A stretch of DNA of 64,000 bases from an uncultured Thiotrichaceae bacterium (GCA_902727985.1 CACVAY010000103.1:11086-75085), one strand, 5' to 3'; counted from the first letter of the stretch, positions 38,556 to 46,585 are shown. Notes: generated from the sequence alone by a model not told the origin. Program-made: numbers and translations.

Positions 38556-40346
38556 ATGATTTCTGATAAGGTGGGTCTTGATACACGCGTAGGGTGGATC
38601 AGAGGTGAAATCGAGAAAACAATCGAAGACATTGAATCAAAATTGAATGACTTTGTTCAAGAAAAAGATCTTAAGATCATTGAGGAAGTTAGCAATGAAA
38701 TGCAGACTCTTGAAAAGACTTTCAAGGTGGCAGGCATTAAAGGGGTTAAAATATTGGCAATGGAAATCGTCAATGTTTTAGAGGCTATTCTGGAAAACAA
38801 GATTTCAGATTGCGGTGTGACACAAGCCGTCTTATTGCAAGCGTGTTCGCAAATTTCAGATTATATTGAGCATCTGGAAGAGGGGTATGCGGATCTACCG
38901 ATTGTTATTCTACCTATTTTGAATGAACTAAGAGCGACCTATGGTAATGACCTACTTTCAGAGGAGTTGGTATTTCTCCCTCAGGATGACAATATTGGCA
39001 ATGCTGAAATTGGTAGTGATGAGTTTGTTGATCTTCAAGGTGCGAAACGGATACAAGTTTACAAACATTTGCGTATGCACTTTCAAACCGCCTTACTCAA
39101 TAGTTATCAGGGTAAAAGCGTTCAGGCATCGCTTAAAAAAATGCAAGTGCTTAGTAATGACCTGGTTAAGATCCATCAAGCTGAGGATGTCAGGGTATTG
39201 TGGTGGTTATCAAAAGCTTTAACGGAAGCGTTGGAGCATCAGGCTTTAGACTATGGTGTAGCTGTCAAACTGGTATTGGGTTCGCTCGAACGTCTGATTC
39301 TGAAGTTTGCTTCGGATGCGCCTCTCGATTCTCATGAAGCGGCAATCGGTTTAATTAAAAAGAATCTTCTATATTACATCGGTATGGCTGAAAGAGGCTC
39401 TGCGACTGTTGATAAGGTCAAAGATACTTTTCTGCTCGATATTTATTTACCGAAAGGTGAAACTCTCGAAAAGTTAAGAAAGCATTATACGTCTCCATCA
39501 CAACAGCTGTGGAGAGCGGTTGCCGAATCCGTCAATCTTGATATTGAAGATATTATTGATGGTTACAAGCATATCGAACTCAATTATGATGAAGGCACTC
39601 TGAAATTCATTCTTGAGAAGAGTAAGAAAACGGCTTCGACGCTTGGGATGCTTGGTCTTAGTAACCTTGCCGATATTATTGAAAAGCAGATCCTTCAGTT
39701 TAATGCCTTGTCACGCGATCCCCAACGATTTCCTAACGAACAACGTTTGGAAGTTGCGACTGAATGGTTGCGGGTTAAAGATATTTTAGAGGAATATTCT
39801 GAGACGGGGCAGGATGCGACACAGTATCTATATGATCAGGATAGTGGCTATCAGGTTTCAACCTATAATGCGCGTAAGCAAGTTTTCATCATCATCAAAG
39901 ATGAACTTGCCGCTGTAGTGGAGAATTTAGATGGTTATGAAAAAGATGCGCAGTTAGGAGCCATACATGCGTCATTACAAAAATTGTCAGATATCCGTGA
40001 AGTTTTTCATTTTCTCCATCAATCAGAAGTTGAGTTGCTTTTAGATGGGGCGATTAATTTTTTACAGCAAATAGCAGGTGCTTCCGAACTTACGGAAGAA
40101 TCCAGTGATGGTTTGAAAAATGTGGCAGAAATTATTGCTTCTGTCGAACAATCGGTGCTTGCTCAAAGGAACCATACAGATCATATAACTCCGCTTGATG
40201 GCGGCTTTACGGGTTTAAGGGCGCTTGATCAAAATTATGGTCTGGATGCGTCTATACGTGATGCTTTGGATCAAGCTCAGGGTCAGGTACTAGAGCTAAA
40301 AAAATTACAGCGCCAGAACAAGTTGGAGTTGATTCTGGCGCGTTAA
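38556..40346 (+). CDS. chpA: ChpA N-terminal segment in frame 0: a FimL-like region with histidine-less Hpt-like domains, ending at TAA 40344-40346
   Basis: 596-aa ORF. Its Hpt-like helical segments carry TFKVAGIKG (about 38718-38744) and KKTASTLGMLG (about 39624-39656) where Hpt domains have H-T-[LI]-K-G. The downstream -1 frame continues it (see the cassette at 40298-40341). Confidence 0.8.
   Translation: MISDKVGLDTRVGWIRGEIEKTIEDIESKLNDFVQEKDLKIIEEVSNEMQTLEKTFKVAGIKGVKILAMEIVNVLEAILENKISDCGVTQAVLLQACSQISDYIEHLEEGYADLPIVILPILNELRATYGNDLLSEELVFLPQDDNIGNAEIGSDEFVDLQGAKRIQVYKHLRMHFQTALLNSYQGKSVQASLKKMQVLSNDLVKIHQAEDVRVLWWLSKALTEALEHQALDYGVAVKLVLGSLERLILKFASDAPLDSHEAAIGLIKKNLLYYIGMAERGSATVDKVKDTFLLDIYLPKGETLEKLRKHYTSPSQQLWRAVAESVNLDIEDIIDGYKHIELNYDEGTLKFILEKSKKTASTLGMLGLSNLADIIEKQILQFNALSRDPQRFPNEQRLEVATEWLRVKDILEEYSETGQDATQYLYDQDSGYQVSTYNARKQVFIIIKDELAAVVENLDGYEKDAQLGAIHASLQKLSDIREVFHFLHQSEVELLLDGAINFLQQIAGASELTEESSDGLKNVAEIIASVEQSVLAQRNHTDHITPLDGGFTGLRALDQNYGLDASIRDALDQAQGQVLELKKLQRQNKLELILAR
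40298..40341 (+). promoter_or_regulatory. candidate -1 ribosomal frameshift cassette (slippery A_AAA_AAA + spacer + stem-loop) inside chpA
   Basis: In frame 0 the codons read CTA AAA AAA TTA, with A7 at 40298-40304. A 5-nt spacer (TTACA) follows. Then a perfect 9-bp stem forms between GCGCCAGAA (40310-40318) and TTCTGGCGC (40333-40341). Three more pairs are possible (40319-21 with 40329-31). The frame-0 stop lies 3 nt after the stem. Confidence 0.45.
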
Positions 40347-43300
40347 ATCCTCCACAGGATGAAAAAGAAGAAATAACTCCAGAAGATAGTTTTGCCAATG
40401 AGCTGCTGAGCATCTTTAAAGATGAAGCGCACGAAAACTACGAAGCACTGCGGCACAATTTTAAGGAATGGAAAGCCAGCGCTTATTCAGTCGCATTTTT
40501 GATGGAGTTTCGTCGCGCATGTCATACGCTCAAAGGCAGTGGCAGAATGGTTGGTGCTGTTGTACTTGGGGAATTATTTTGGGAGTATGAGAATCTTCTA
40601 AATCAGGTACATGAGGGGAAAATTAAAGTATCTAAGGAGCTGGAGTTAAAACTACAGCGGTTACTTGAATATCTCGATGAACATGAAGATGAGCTACTTT
40701 ATGCGAAGGAGGTGAATACAGCAGTTAGTGAGCTCATTCTTGATGCACAAAAGTTTGCACAAGTTGAAAATAAGACAGTGGATTCGCTTCCTAAAGGTAA
40801 AGAGGTTGTTGAGAAGCTGGTAGAAGAACAAGCTCCAGATCCCGTAGTGTCCATTTTTTTGGAAGAGTTATTGGAGTTATCTGATGTCTTTGAAACAAGC
40901 GTACAAGCTTTACACACGGATGCTCAAGATCATGGCGCTTTGAATGATGCTAAACGACATATGCATACCATCAAAGGCGGTGCACGCATGTCAGGGTTTT
41001 CTGACTTAGGGAATCTTTGTCATGTCACGGAGAGTGTTCTTGAGGAGTTTGAGGAGCGTTCATTCATTGATGAGGAGCTTGTTTTAGCGTGTATTCAAAA
41101 TGTTAGTGATATGTTATTTGTGGTTTCAGATGAGTTGGCACAGGGAAAACCAGAGCCTGATTTTGAACATTTGCTTGTTGATTTGGAAAATGTTTTTGAC
41201 AGCATCGAGCCTCAGAGCCAGCCTGTTCCAGAAGATGATTTCTCTTTAGAAGAGTCTGTTACGCCTCATGTTTTGGAGGCTGCTGAGCTTGAGAGTCAGG
41301 AGGGAGAAAAGGGGCCAGAACAATTTGACGGAACACATCAATTTGCGGCTATAAAAGCAGAAGAGCATGTTCAGGAAGAGAAGCTAATCCTTTCTTCTGG
41401 TTTGAAAAAGCATGAGCCAGAAGCTGATGACCCCATGCGCGAGATCTTTCTTGAAGAGCTGGCTGAATTGTTAGAGGATTTTGAGGGTGTCACACAAACC
41501 TTGGTGAATGCGCCTGATGATGCAGAATCGATTGCCAATGCCGAACGTTATTTACATACCATCAAAGGTGGTTCAAACATGGTCGGATTGCCAGCAATAG
41601 GCGATTTAACCCATGCTGGTGAATCTTTGTTAAATCAATTATCTAATGGTAAGGTTGATAGTAACGAAGCGGTTATTAATTGCTTGCAAGCTGTCAGTGA
41701 CCAATTAACGATGATGTATGAGTCTGCATTAGCAGGGCAAGAACCTGCACCTGCTTGGGATTTGTTAAGAGAGTTGGATGATCTTGGTGCATTGGAAGTT
41801 GCGCTGAATGACACGGCGCAGACTATTGCGCAAGAGGCAGCTGTTGATGATGCCGAACGGGCTGGTACAACAGCACCTAAAGAGGTTGTGGTTGCGGGAA
41901 TTGATTTTACTATTGATCAAGCATCGAGTGATATTGAACGTTTATTAGAAAATGTTACAAAACAGGTTGATATCAAGAAATACCTCCCTAGTGTAGTTGA
42001 GGAGTCTTCCAGCAACCAAGCTGAATCTACTCAATTTAGTTCATCTATCCGTGTGCCTGCTCCTCTCATTAGTAATCTTATTACGACTACCAATGAATGG
42101 GGGCATCAGAATATTCGTTTGAATGAACAATTTGAAGATAATCAGTTAAAAATTAAGGAGCTTAAACGTACAAGTACGCGTTTGCGTGAGCAAATTCGTG
42201 CCTTAGAATTGGAAACCGATTCTATGATTGATGCAGGTGTGGATGTCTCAGGGACTGGGAATGTCTCAGGTTTTCCAATGATTGAGGGAGAGCAGCATTT
42301 TGATCCTTTGGAAATGGATGGGTATTCTGAGTTACATCAACAGTCACGTGCGCTTGCCGAAAGTATGGATGATCTGTTTAGCCTTACTGATGGTTTGGAT
42401 TATGGTCTACGTCAGATGGGAGAGACACAACAAATACAGGAAAGAACGTGTAAAACCCTTCAAGAAGGGTTGATTAGTACCAGAATGACGAAGGTCTCAG
42501 GTTTAGTTTCGCGTTTAAAACGTATTATTCGTCAAGTATCTGCTGAATTAGGCAAGCATGTGGAGCTTGAAGTTGCTGATGAGTCAGCGGAAATGGATAG
42601 AACCATTCTGGAGAAAATTACCTCTTCTATCGAACACCTCATACGGAACTCTTTAGCGCACGGTATTGAAACACCAAAAGTGCGCCGTGCAAGTGGTAAG
42701 GAGCAGGTTGGTAAAATCTTTCTGAACATTGAACGGGATGAGCCGGAAATTGTTATTCGTTTACGCGACGATGGTGCGGGGATCAATGTCAAGAAGCTTA
42801 GAGAAAAAGCGCTTGAAAAAGGCTTAATAACTACAAATGAGCAGTTACGACGCGGTGAGATTTATCAATTGATTTTGCGCTCGGGTGTCTCTACCGCCAA
42901 ATCTATCAGCCAGGTGGCGGGTAGGGGTGTGGGTATGGATGTCGTCAATAATGAGGTTAACGCCTTGGGTGGCAGTATTGTCATAGATTCTGAAGAAGGG
43001 AAGTTTACGGAGTTTGTCTTACGTCTCCCTTATAACTTGGCGACGAATCAAGTGATGCTGGTAGAGGTTGGTGATGAGTTACTAGCCATTGCTGTTGCCA
43101 AATTAAAGGGTATGCAACGTTTTTCTGAAGCGGAAATTCAAAAGGTGTATGACTCTGAGAGCAAGATGCTTACCTATATGGGGGATTCTTACCGACTCAA
43201 TTATCTGGCACAAACTCTGGGAGCAGGAGAGAGAATACCTGCTGAATCTGGGTATACCAAACCCATTATTTTCTTTGATGAAAACAACCAGCGGGTAGCC

Positions 43301-43882
43301 TATGAGGTTGATGAAATTAAAGGTAACCGAGAAGTCATGTTGAAGCCGTTAGGGTCGCTATTCACGGATTCTCCGTTGCTATCATCGGCAACCGTTTTAG
43401 GGGGGGGGCAGATTGTCTTGTTGCTGAACGCTCATGAGTTGATTCGCCTCGGCATCCAGGGTGAGACGTTAGTAAATAAGTATATTGTGACCCAAGATGT
43501 TGTTGAACAACCTATTGTGATGGTTATTGATGACTCAATCACGGTTCGCAAGATAACAGAAAGCCTTTTGGTTTCTCTAGATTATCAGGTTTTGACGGCA
43601 AGTGATGGTGTCAATGCTTTGGAGGTTTTGGGTGAACAATTACCCGATTTAATTTTGCTTGATATTGAAATGCCAAGAATGGATGGCTTTGAATTACTAG
43701 AAACGCTACGGGCAACTCAGGAGTGGAGGTATATTCCTGTCATTATGGTTTCTTCGCGGTCGGGCGCAAAACATCGTGGACATGCTGAAAAATTGGGAGC
43801 CAATGGTTTTATCGGAAAACCATGGGAAGCTAAACAGCTGGAAAAATATATTTCTCAATGTTTACAAGAGGGGGTGAGTTAA
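40304..43882 (+). CDS. chpA: ChpA core in the -1 frame: three His-containing Hpt domains, a CheA-type kinase, a CheW-like domain and a C-terminal receiver
   Basis: This frame is open from 40262, and the track starts it at TTG 40499. The three Hpt motifs are RRACHTLKGSGRMVG, KRHMHTIKGGARMSG and ERYLHTIKGGSNMVG. The kinase boxes are N box IEHLIRNSLAHGIE, G1 LRDDGAGINV and G2 GRGVGMDVV. A CheW-like region follows (LLVEVGDELLAIAV...), then a REC domain (IVMVIDDSITVRK...DLILLDIEMPRMDGFELL...IPVIMVSSR...GFIGKP). The first Hpt helices (ELLSIFKDEAHENYEALRHNF) lie upstream of 40499, so the 5' boundary is the frameshift point rather than 40499. Confidence 0.85.
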   Translation: MTAPEQVGVDSGALNPPQDEKEEITPEDSFANELLSIFKDEAHENYEALRHNFKEWKASAYSVAFLMEFRRACHTLKGSGRMVGAVVLGELFWEYENLLNQVHEGKIKVSKELELKLQRLLEYLDEHEDELLYAKEVNTAVSELILDAQKFAQVENKTVDSLPKGKEVVEKLVEEQAPDPVVSIFLEELLELSDVFETSVQALHTDAQDHGALNDAKRHMHTIKGGARMSGFSDLGNLCHVTESVLEEFEERSFIDEELVLACIQNVSDMLFVVSDELAQGKPEPDFEHLLVDLENVFDSIEPQSQPVPEDDFSLEESVTPHVLEAAELESQEGEKGPEQFDGTHQFAAIKAEEHVQEEKLILSSGLKKHEPEADDPMREIFLEELAELLEDFEGVTQTLVNAPDDAESIANAERYLHTIKGGSNMVGLPAIGDLTHAGESLLNQLSNGKVDSNEAVINCLQAVSDQLTMMYESALAGQEPAPAWDLLRELDDLGALEVALNDTAQTIAQEAAVDDAERAGTTAPKEVVVAGIDFTIDQASSDIERLLENVTKQVDIKKYLPSVVEESSSNQAESTQFSSSIRVPAPLISNLITTTNEWGHQNIRLNEQFEDNQLKIKELKRTSTRLREQIRALELETDSMIDAGVDVSGTGNVSGFPMIEGEQHFDPLEMDGYSELHQQSRALAESMDDLFSLTDGLDYGLRQMGETQQIQERTCKTLQEGLISTRMTKVSGLVSRLKRIIRQVSAELGKHVELEVADESAEMDRTILEKITSSIEHLIRNSLAHGIETPKVRRASGKEQVGKIFLNIERDEPEIVIRLRDDGAGINVKKLREKALEKGLITTNEQLRRGEIYQLILRSGVSTAKSISQVAGRGVGMDVVNNEVNALGGSIVIDSEEGKFTEFVLRLPYNLATNQVMLVEVGDELLAIAVAKLKGMQRFSEAEIQKVYDSESKMLTYMGDSYRLNYLAQTLGAGERIPAESGYTKPIIFFDENNQRVAYEVDEIKGNREVMLKPLGSLFTDSPLLSSATVLGGGQIVLLLNAHELIRLGIQGETLVNKYIVTQDVVEQPIVMVIDDSITVRKITESLLVSLDYQVLTASDGVNALEVLGEQLPDLILLDIEMPRMDGFELLETLRATQEWRYIPVIMVSSRSGAKHRGHAEKLGANGFIGKPWEAKQLEKYISQCLQEGVS
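43400..43408 (+). repeat. G9 homopolymer inside the chpA coding sequence
   Basis: GGGGGGGGG encodes Gly-Gly-Gly in ...SSATVLGGGQIVLLL... within the CheW-like domain. It is the longest G/C run I saw in the window. Confidence 0.9.
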
Positions 43883-43883
43883 T

Positions 43884-44330
43884 ATGAGCTTATTAATGGA
43901 TATTCAATGTCATGTTCTGCCGATTGAACAGGGTAATTTGCTTATTCCATCTTCCTTGGTGGTTGATGAAATAGTGGTGGATGTTACTAGTGAAACACAT
44001 GAGTTCTCGTGGAGAAATAGAACCATCAAGTTGGTAAGTTATTCTGAGGTTCGTAAAGCTGCTAGTGAGGCAAAGCAACCTTATCGGGCCGTTGTTCTTC
44101 GCTCCTTGTCTACTGTGAAAGAGTTACCATTTTATGCGTTGGCAATAGAAGGTTTTTCTCATTCGGTGACGGCCAATCAAAATAACTTGGTGCTTAGCGA
44201 TCAGAAAACCTGTGAAATCACGACGTGTGCCGCCAAGATCGGCAGTCTAGTGTGTATGATCCCAGATTTGCCCATGATAGAGCAGAGAGTCCTTAGTTGT
44301 TATTATCAGAGTACATTGGTCTCAGCTTAA
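43884..44330 (+). CDS. CheW-like protein (ChpC-like)
   Basis: 148 aa. Its ATG lies 1 nt after the chpA stop, so it is translationally coupled. The CheW-like pattern is VLPIEQGNLLIPSSLVVDEIV...AVVLRS...FYALAIEGFSH. Confidence 0.7.
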   Translation: MSLLMDIQCHVLPIEQGNLLIPSSLVVDEIVVDVTSETHEFSWRNRTIKLVSYSEVRKAASEAKQPYRAVVLRSLSTVKELPFYALAIEGFSHSVTANQNNLVLSDQKTCEITTCAAKIGSLVCMIPDLPMIEQRVLSCYYQSTLVSA

Positions 44331-44350
44331 ACGGGGGTTTTTTCTTTGCG

Positions 44351-46585
44351 TTATTGGCAATTAGTCCACCAGCATTGGTCAGCTTCTTCTTGAAATTGTA
44401 ATGTGGCATCAAACTTTGGTGATTCTGTTCGTGGCTTTCTTAGATGCTCTTTTAAGCCAAAATTACCGAAGCGGTAGTATGACTGTGGCATGGTATAGAG
44501 TGTAAAGAGCGTTGCTCCTTGACCAAATAATCCCTTCCAGGCATTGAGAAGCTGTAGATAGCGGTCTTTCATGCGTGGGTCTCGGTTAGCGGCATTGAAT
44601 AATTGTCTCAACCTTGGTTTGTCACTTTCTGTAATGGCATTCCCGAATATGCCCGTTACTAAGTGTTGTCCACCTTCGTAAGTCACTAATTCGAGGTTGT
44701 AGGCTGCCATTTCATCAAGGTGGTTTGAAATAGTCTGAATGGTACTCTCAAGTGCTTTTACATCAACAGAACCCGGTTGGTCAATGACATCGAAAATATC
44801 ATCAACAGTTGTGGCCTCTAGCAATGTTTTTGGTGCGTCAGGGCAAATGCTTCTCTTTGCACAGCCGAAGAAATAGGGGGCGATTGCAACTGCATCAATG
44901 TCATCAGTAGAGATGTTTTTGAGCATTTCTCGAGTGAGAACTTTATCACCGATGAATGAGCCTAAGACGCGAACCACACGAGCACTATCATTTTCAAAAG
45001 CCTCAGAAAAAAGATTAAAAATCTCTACTGAACGTTGGCTATGATAACGCAATCGGGCAAAATATCTGGTATCTCGATTTGACCCAATATAGTCTGAGGG
45101 TACGTCACCCAGATCAAGTGCTAAGCCCTTGGTTGTTATGTATTCATGGGCCGCGAAGCCCGAGTTCCAAACTTCGTTTGAGTATTCAATATAGACTTTG
45201 ATTGACGTATCAAGTTGGCTGTAAAGGGCTGTTGACAGTTGTGTGACATAGTCATCGCTCGCAACATGGGGTATGTTTATCCAGATATCACGTTTTACGG
45301 TATTGGCAAGAGCAATAATGACTTCTATGGGCACGCCCTTATGCTCGATAGCTGCGGTTTCACCATCATTTCCTCCCCAGAATGCATCATCTAATGTGGC
45401 TCGGTTTTCCCAGGTGCCAGCTTCTGGGGGGCAGTTCTCTGGATCATGACAAAGATCTTTGAGACTGGCTTCCATAAGATTCATCATCCGAATGGTTTTG
45501 AAGTTACGAAGAAACAGCAGGTAATCGGGATTGAAAATGATGGTATTGCGGTCAGCAGATAATTGTTGGGCGAAACTTTCATAGCTGCTCGCTGTTGGGC
45601 AATCAGCTTGTGAATCGACGTATACGAATGGGTTTGAAATGTCGCTTGAATCTGTACAAGTGCCGCCAGGCATTGCAATACGAATATTTTTGATATAGCT
45701 ATCGGGAGTAATATTTTTGATATTCATGTTGATGGCATTGGTTTCAGAAGCCGCAGCCTCATTCGTTTCATCAAAGTCACTGAGCTGAAGGTTGAGAATA
45801 TATTTGTTTTCATTAGGAACTTTTATCGCAGAGCCGACAAGAGGTTCTCCACTAAATTCAAGTAAGCCATTACCCTCATACATGACAGTATATTTACCAT
45901 CTGGTATGGAGTCTCTTAGGTTGCCTTGCAGAAGCTTTGTTTTAATAAACCCAAGATCAGGGTCTAATTCTGTTGGCCAGCCGTTACTATCAAAAAGGGT
46001 ATTCGCATCAACGAGCGTGTTTTCATCATTATATTTTTTGTTAAATTCTTTGAAGGGGCGGGCTGTCCTGAAAATATCAGCAAAAGGCATGGGGTTGCCT
46101 GCCGTGACTGCGCCCGCTTGCGGGGTTTCTGTATTTACTCCCAAAGAAGGTTCAAAGGAGAGTTCTGGCATAAGGCCAGTTGCTTGATAAAGTGTTTTTA
46201 AAACAATGTCAGAGGGAATTGTTGCGCTTGACGTACCACCCTCTGTATTCGTGCTGCTGACGGTAATATCACCATAACTTTGAGCGCTCGTACTGCTGAT
46301 GGTGAAATCGCCGTTTTGGTCGGCAGTTGTTGTCTGTTGGCTACCACTGGGGAAGGTGATCGTAATGGTTGTGCCTGCCTCAGCTCTTCCTTGAACGGAG
46401 ATTAAACCATTTGAATCAGCATTCGTGCTTACTACACTTGGTTCTGTAGGTGTGTTTGGGGTTGTAGGTGTGCTTGGATTTGTGTTAGTACTATCGCCAT
46501 CTCCACTATCACCGTCACTACCTCCACAGGAAGCTAATCCAAGTGATAGCATGAAAACACAGGTATATAGAATTCTCATTAGCAT
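44351..46585 (-). CDS. large lipoprotein: Ig-like domain plus a putative TIM-barrel glycoside-hydrolase-like domain
   Basis: 744 aa with a lipobox (FMLSLGLASCGG) and a Ser/Thr/Pro/Asp linker (GDSTNTNPSTPTTPNTPTEPS). An Ig-like segment follows (ISVQGRAEAGTTITITFPSGSQQTTTADQNGDFTI). Then comes a domain of about 600 aa containing IWINIPH...VYIEYSNEVWN, which resembles the clan GH-A acid/base motif. The enzyme call is tentative. Confidence 0.6.
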   Translation of the reverse strand: MLMRILYTCVFMLSLGLASCGGSDGDSGDGDSTNTNPSTPTTPNTPTEPSVVSTNADSNGLISVQGRAEAGTTITITFPSGSQQTTTADQNGDFTISSTSAQSYGDITVSSTNTEGGTSSATIPSDIVLKTLYQATGLMPELSFEPSLGVNTETPQAGAVTAGNPMPFADIFRTARPFKEFNKKYNDENTLVDANTLFDSNGWPTELDPDLGFIKTKLLQGNLRDSIPDGKYTVMYEGNGLLEFSGEPLVGSAIKVPNENKYILNLQLSDFDETNEAAASETNAINMNIKNITPDSYIKNIRIAMPGGTCTDSSDISNPFVYVDSQADCPTASSYESFAQQLSADRNTIIFNPDYLLFLRNFKTIRMMNLMEASLKDLCHDPENCPPEAGTWENRATLDDAFWGGNDGETAAIEHKGVPIEVIIALANTVKRDIWINIPHVASDDYVTQLSTALYSQLDTSIKVYIEYSNEVWNSGFAAHEYITTKGLALDLGDVPSDYIGSNRDTRYFARLRYHSQRSVEIFNLFSEAFENDSARVVRVLGSFIGDKVLTREMLKNISTDDIDAVAIAPYFFGCAKRSICPDAPKTLLEATTVDDIFDVIDQPGSVDVKALESTIQTISNHLDEMAAYNLELVTYEGGQHLVTGIFGNAITESDKPRLRQLFNAANRDPRMKDRYLQLLNAWKGLFGQGATLFTLYTMPQSYYRFGNFGLKEHLRKPRTESPKFDATLQFQEEADQCWWTNCQ

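Noticed and set aside
38941-39222. A 93-aa alternative-frame ORF inside the chpA N-terminal segment as a possible overlapping gene.
   Set aside because: It has no RBS and an implausible Cys/Phe/Met-rich composition. The main frame shows coherent helical-domain sequence, so this is a typical off-frame artefact.
40499-40501. TTG at 40499 as the genuine start of an independent ChpA kinase protein.
   Set aside because: The same frame is open from 40262 and already encodes the N-terminal helices of the first Hpt domain (ELLSIFKDEAHENYEALRHNF). A protein starting at 40499 would therefore begin in the middle of a domain. I also saw no SD-like sequence in front of it.
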